Shown here piece by piece: positions 63,372 through 64,000 of a stretch of 64,000 bases of DNA (the first letter of the stretch is position 1; every line of letters begins with the position of its first letter). The DNA lies in the NCBI GenBank assembly GCA_029953675.1, contig JAMWBK010000002.1, positions 3,224,001 to 3,288,000 on the forward strand, written 5' to 3'. The notes under the pieces are model-generated. The model saw only the letters and a program-made list of their open reading frames with translations. It ran no database searches and was not told where the DNA came from. This stretch comes from Rhodosorus marinus CCMP1338. Lineage: Eukaryota > Plantae > Rhodophyta. The position numbers and the translations under genes were made by a program.

Positions 63372-64000
63372 GGGAAGAGTGTGCGGAACGGAATTAGTAT
63401 GTGTATAGACGGAACTAATAAATAGGATTTCGGATAAGAGAGTTAATATAGACATTGCAAGAGCTCGAGGTCGTATTGTTCAGCGCTCTAAGCCCTGGGC
63501 ATACTCGGCGACGGGGAAAGCGCTATCCACATCTTCTTGCAATTTAAGATTGTAGACGAATTGATCTGGCAAATGTTACTTCTTTCCCGCGCAAGCCCAG
63601 GAAAGCATGTGGTTCATTCTGAGAAAGCCGCCAAACGCTTAACCACACACATTCGAATTGCGGTGTTAAAACAAAGCGCAATCCGCGGACGGTCAGAACC
63701 AGTTTGTGCTTCTGACGATGTCGTACGAGACCTCTCAGAGTAAGATTCCGCACCTAAACAGGAGAAATCCGCGCATTTGCTAGACATGCTAGTTCCGTAG
63801 TCCGACTCTTTTGTCCGTCGCAACTTACAGAAACGAGCCTGGATGTCTCGCTTGTTGTTTGTACTCAGCTTGTTCCCTCCATGACGGCAGAAAGTGTTTT
63901 TAAGCGCGCTCGTGTGAATGAGCGAGTAATACAAAACCCCGAGCACGTCCAATGCAACCCAACAGTGTACACTCACCGGCCGAAGTGAGTAATGCCCAGC

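Noticed and set aside
63540-64000. Possible 3' end of a minus-strand gene running off the window
   Set aside because: A GTGAGT donor is present near 63973, but too little sequence is available to define frame or product.

Overview
Compact eukaryotic nuclear DNA, most likely a red alga. This is inferred from a phycobilisome-type PBS-lyase HEAT protein, five plastid transit peptides with an early Phe, and short (about 45-200 nt) GT-AG introns. About 23 protein-coding genes can be assembled by hand from phase-compatible exons. They include MER3/HFM1 meiotic helicase, a TKI1/CRAMP1-like SANT protein, malic enzyme, MCCB, a gamma-tubulin complex protein, DEG1 and a coiled-coil+OTU deubiquitinase. 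Others are PFK-2/FBPase-2, two GLTP paralogues, Pin1, QCR9, a cyanobacterial-type kinase, an NblB-like protein, a class V PLP enzyme, DUF2358, Cnx1E/MoeA, a second OTU and a mitochondrial carrier. No rRNA, tRNA, CRISPR array or intact transposon was recognised, and I found no clear multi-gene novel system. The best leads are: a degenerate ~203-bp tandem array whose units each look like a gene 3' end with its stop codon; a 126-bp (42-codon) ATG-initiated array; an unusual coiled-coil+OTU architecture; and a strong G/T-versus-C/A strand skew that marks gene starts and points to several unannotated transcripts. Exon boundaries and family assignments come from manual reading and recalled motifs, not from database searches.
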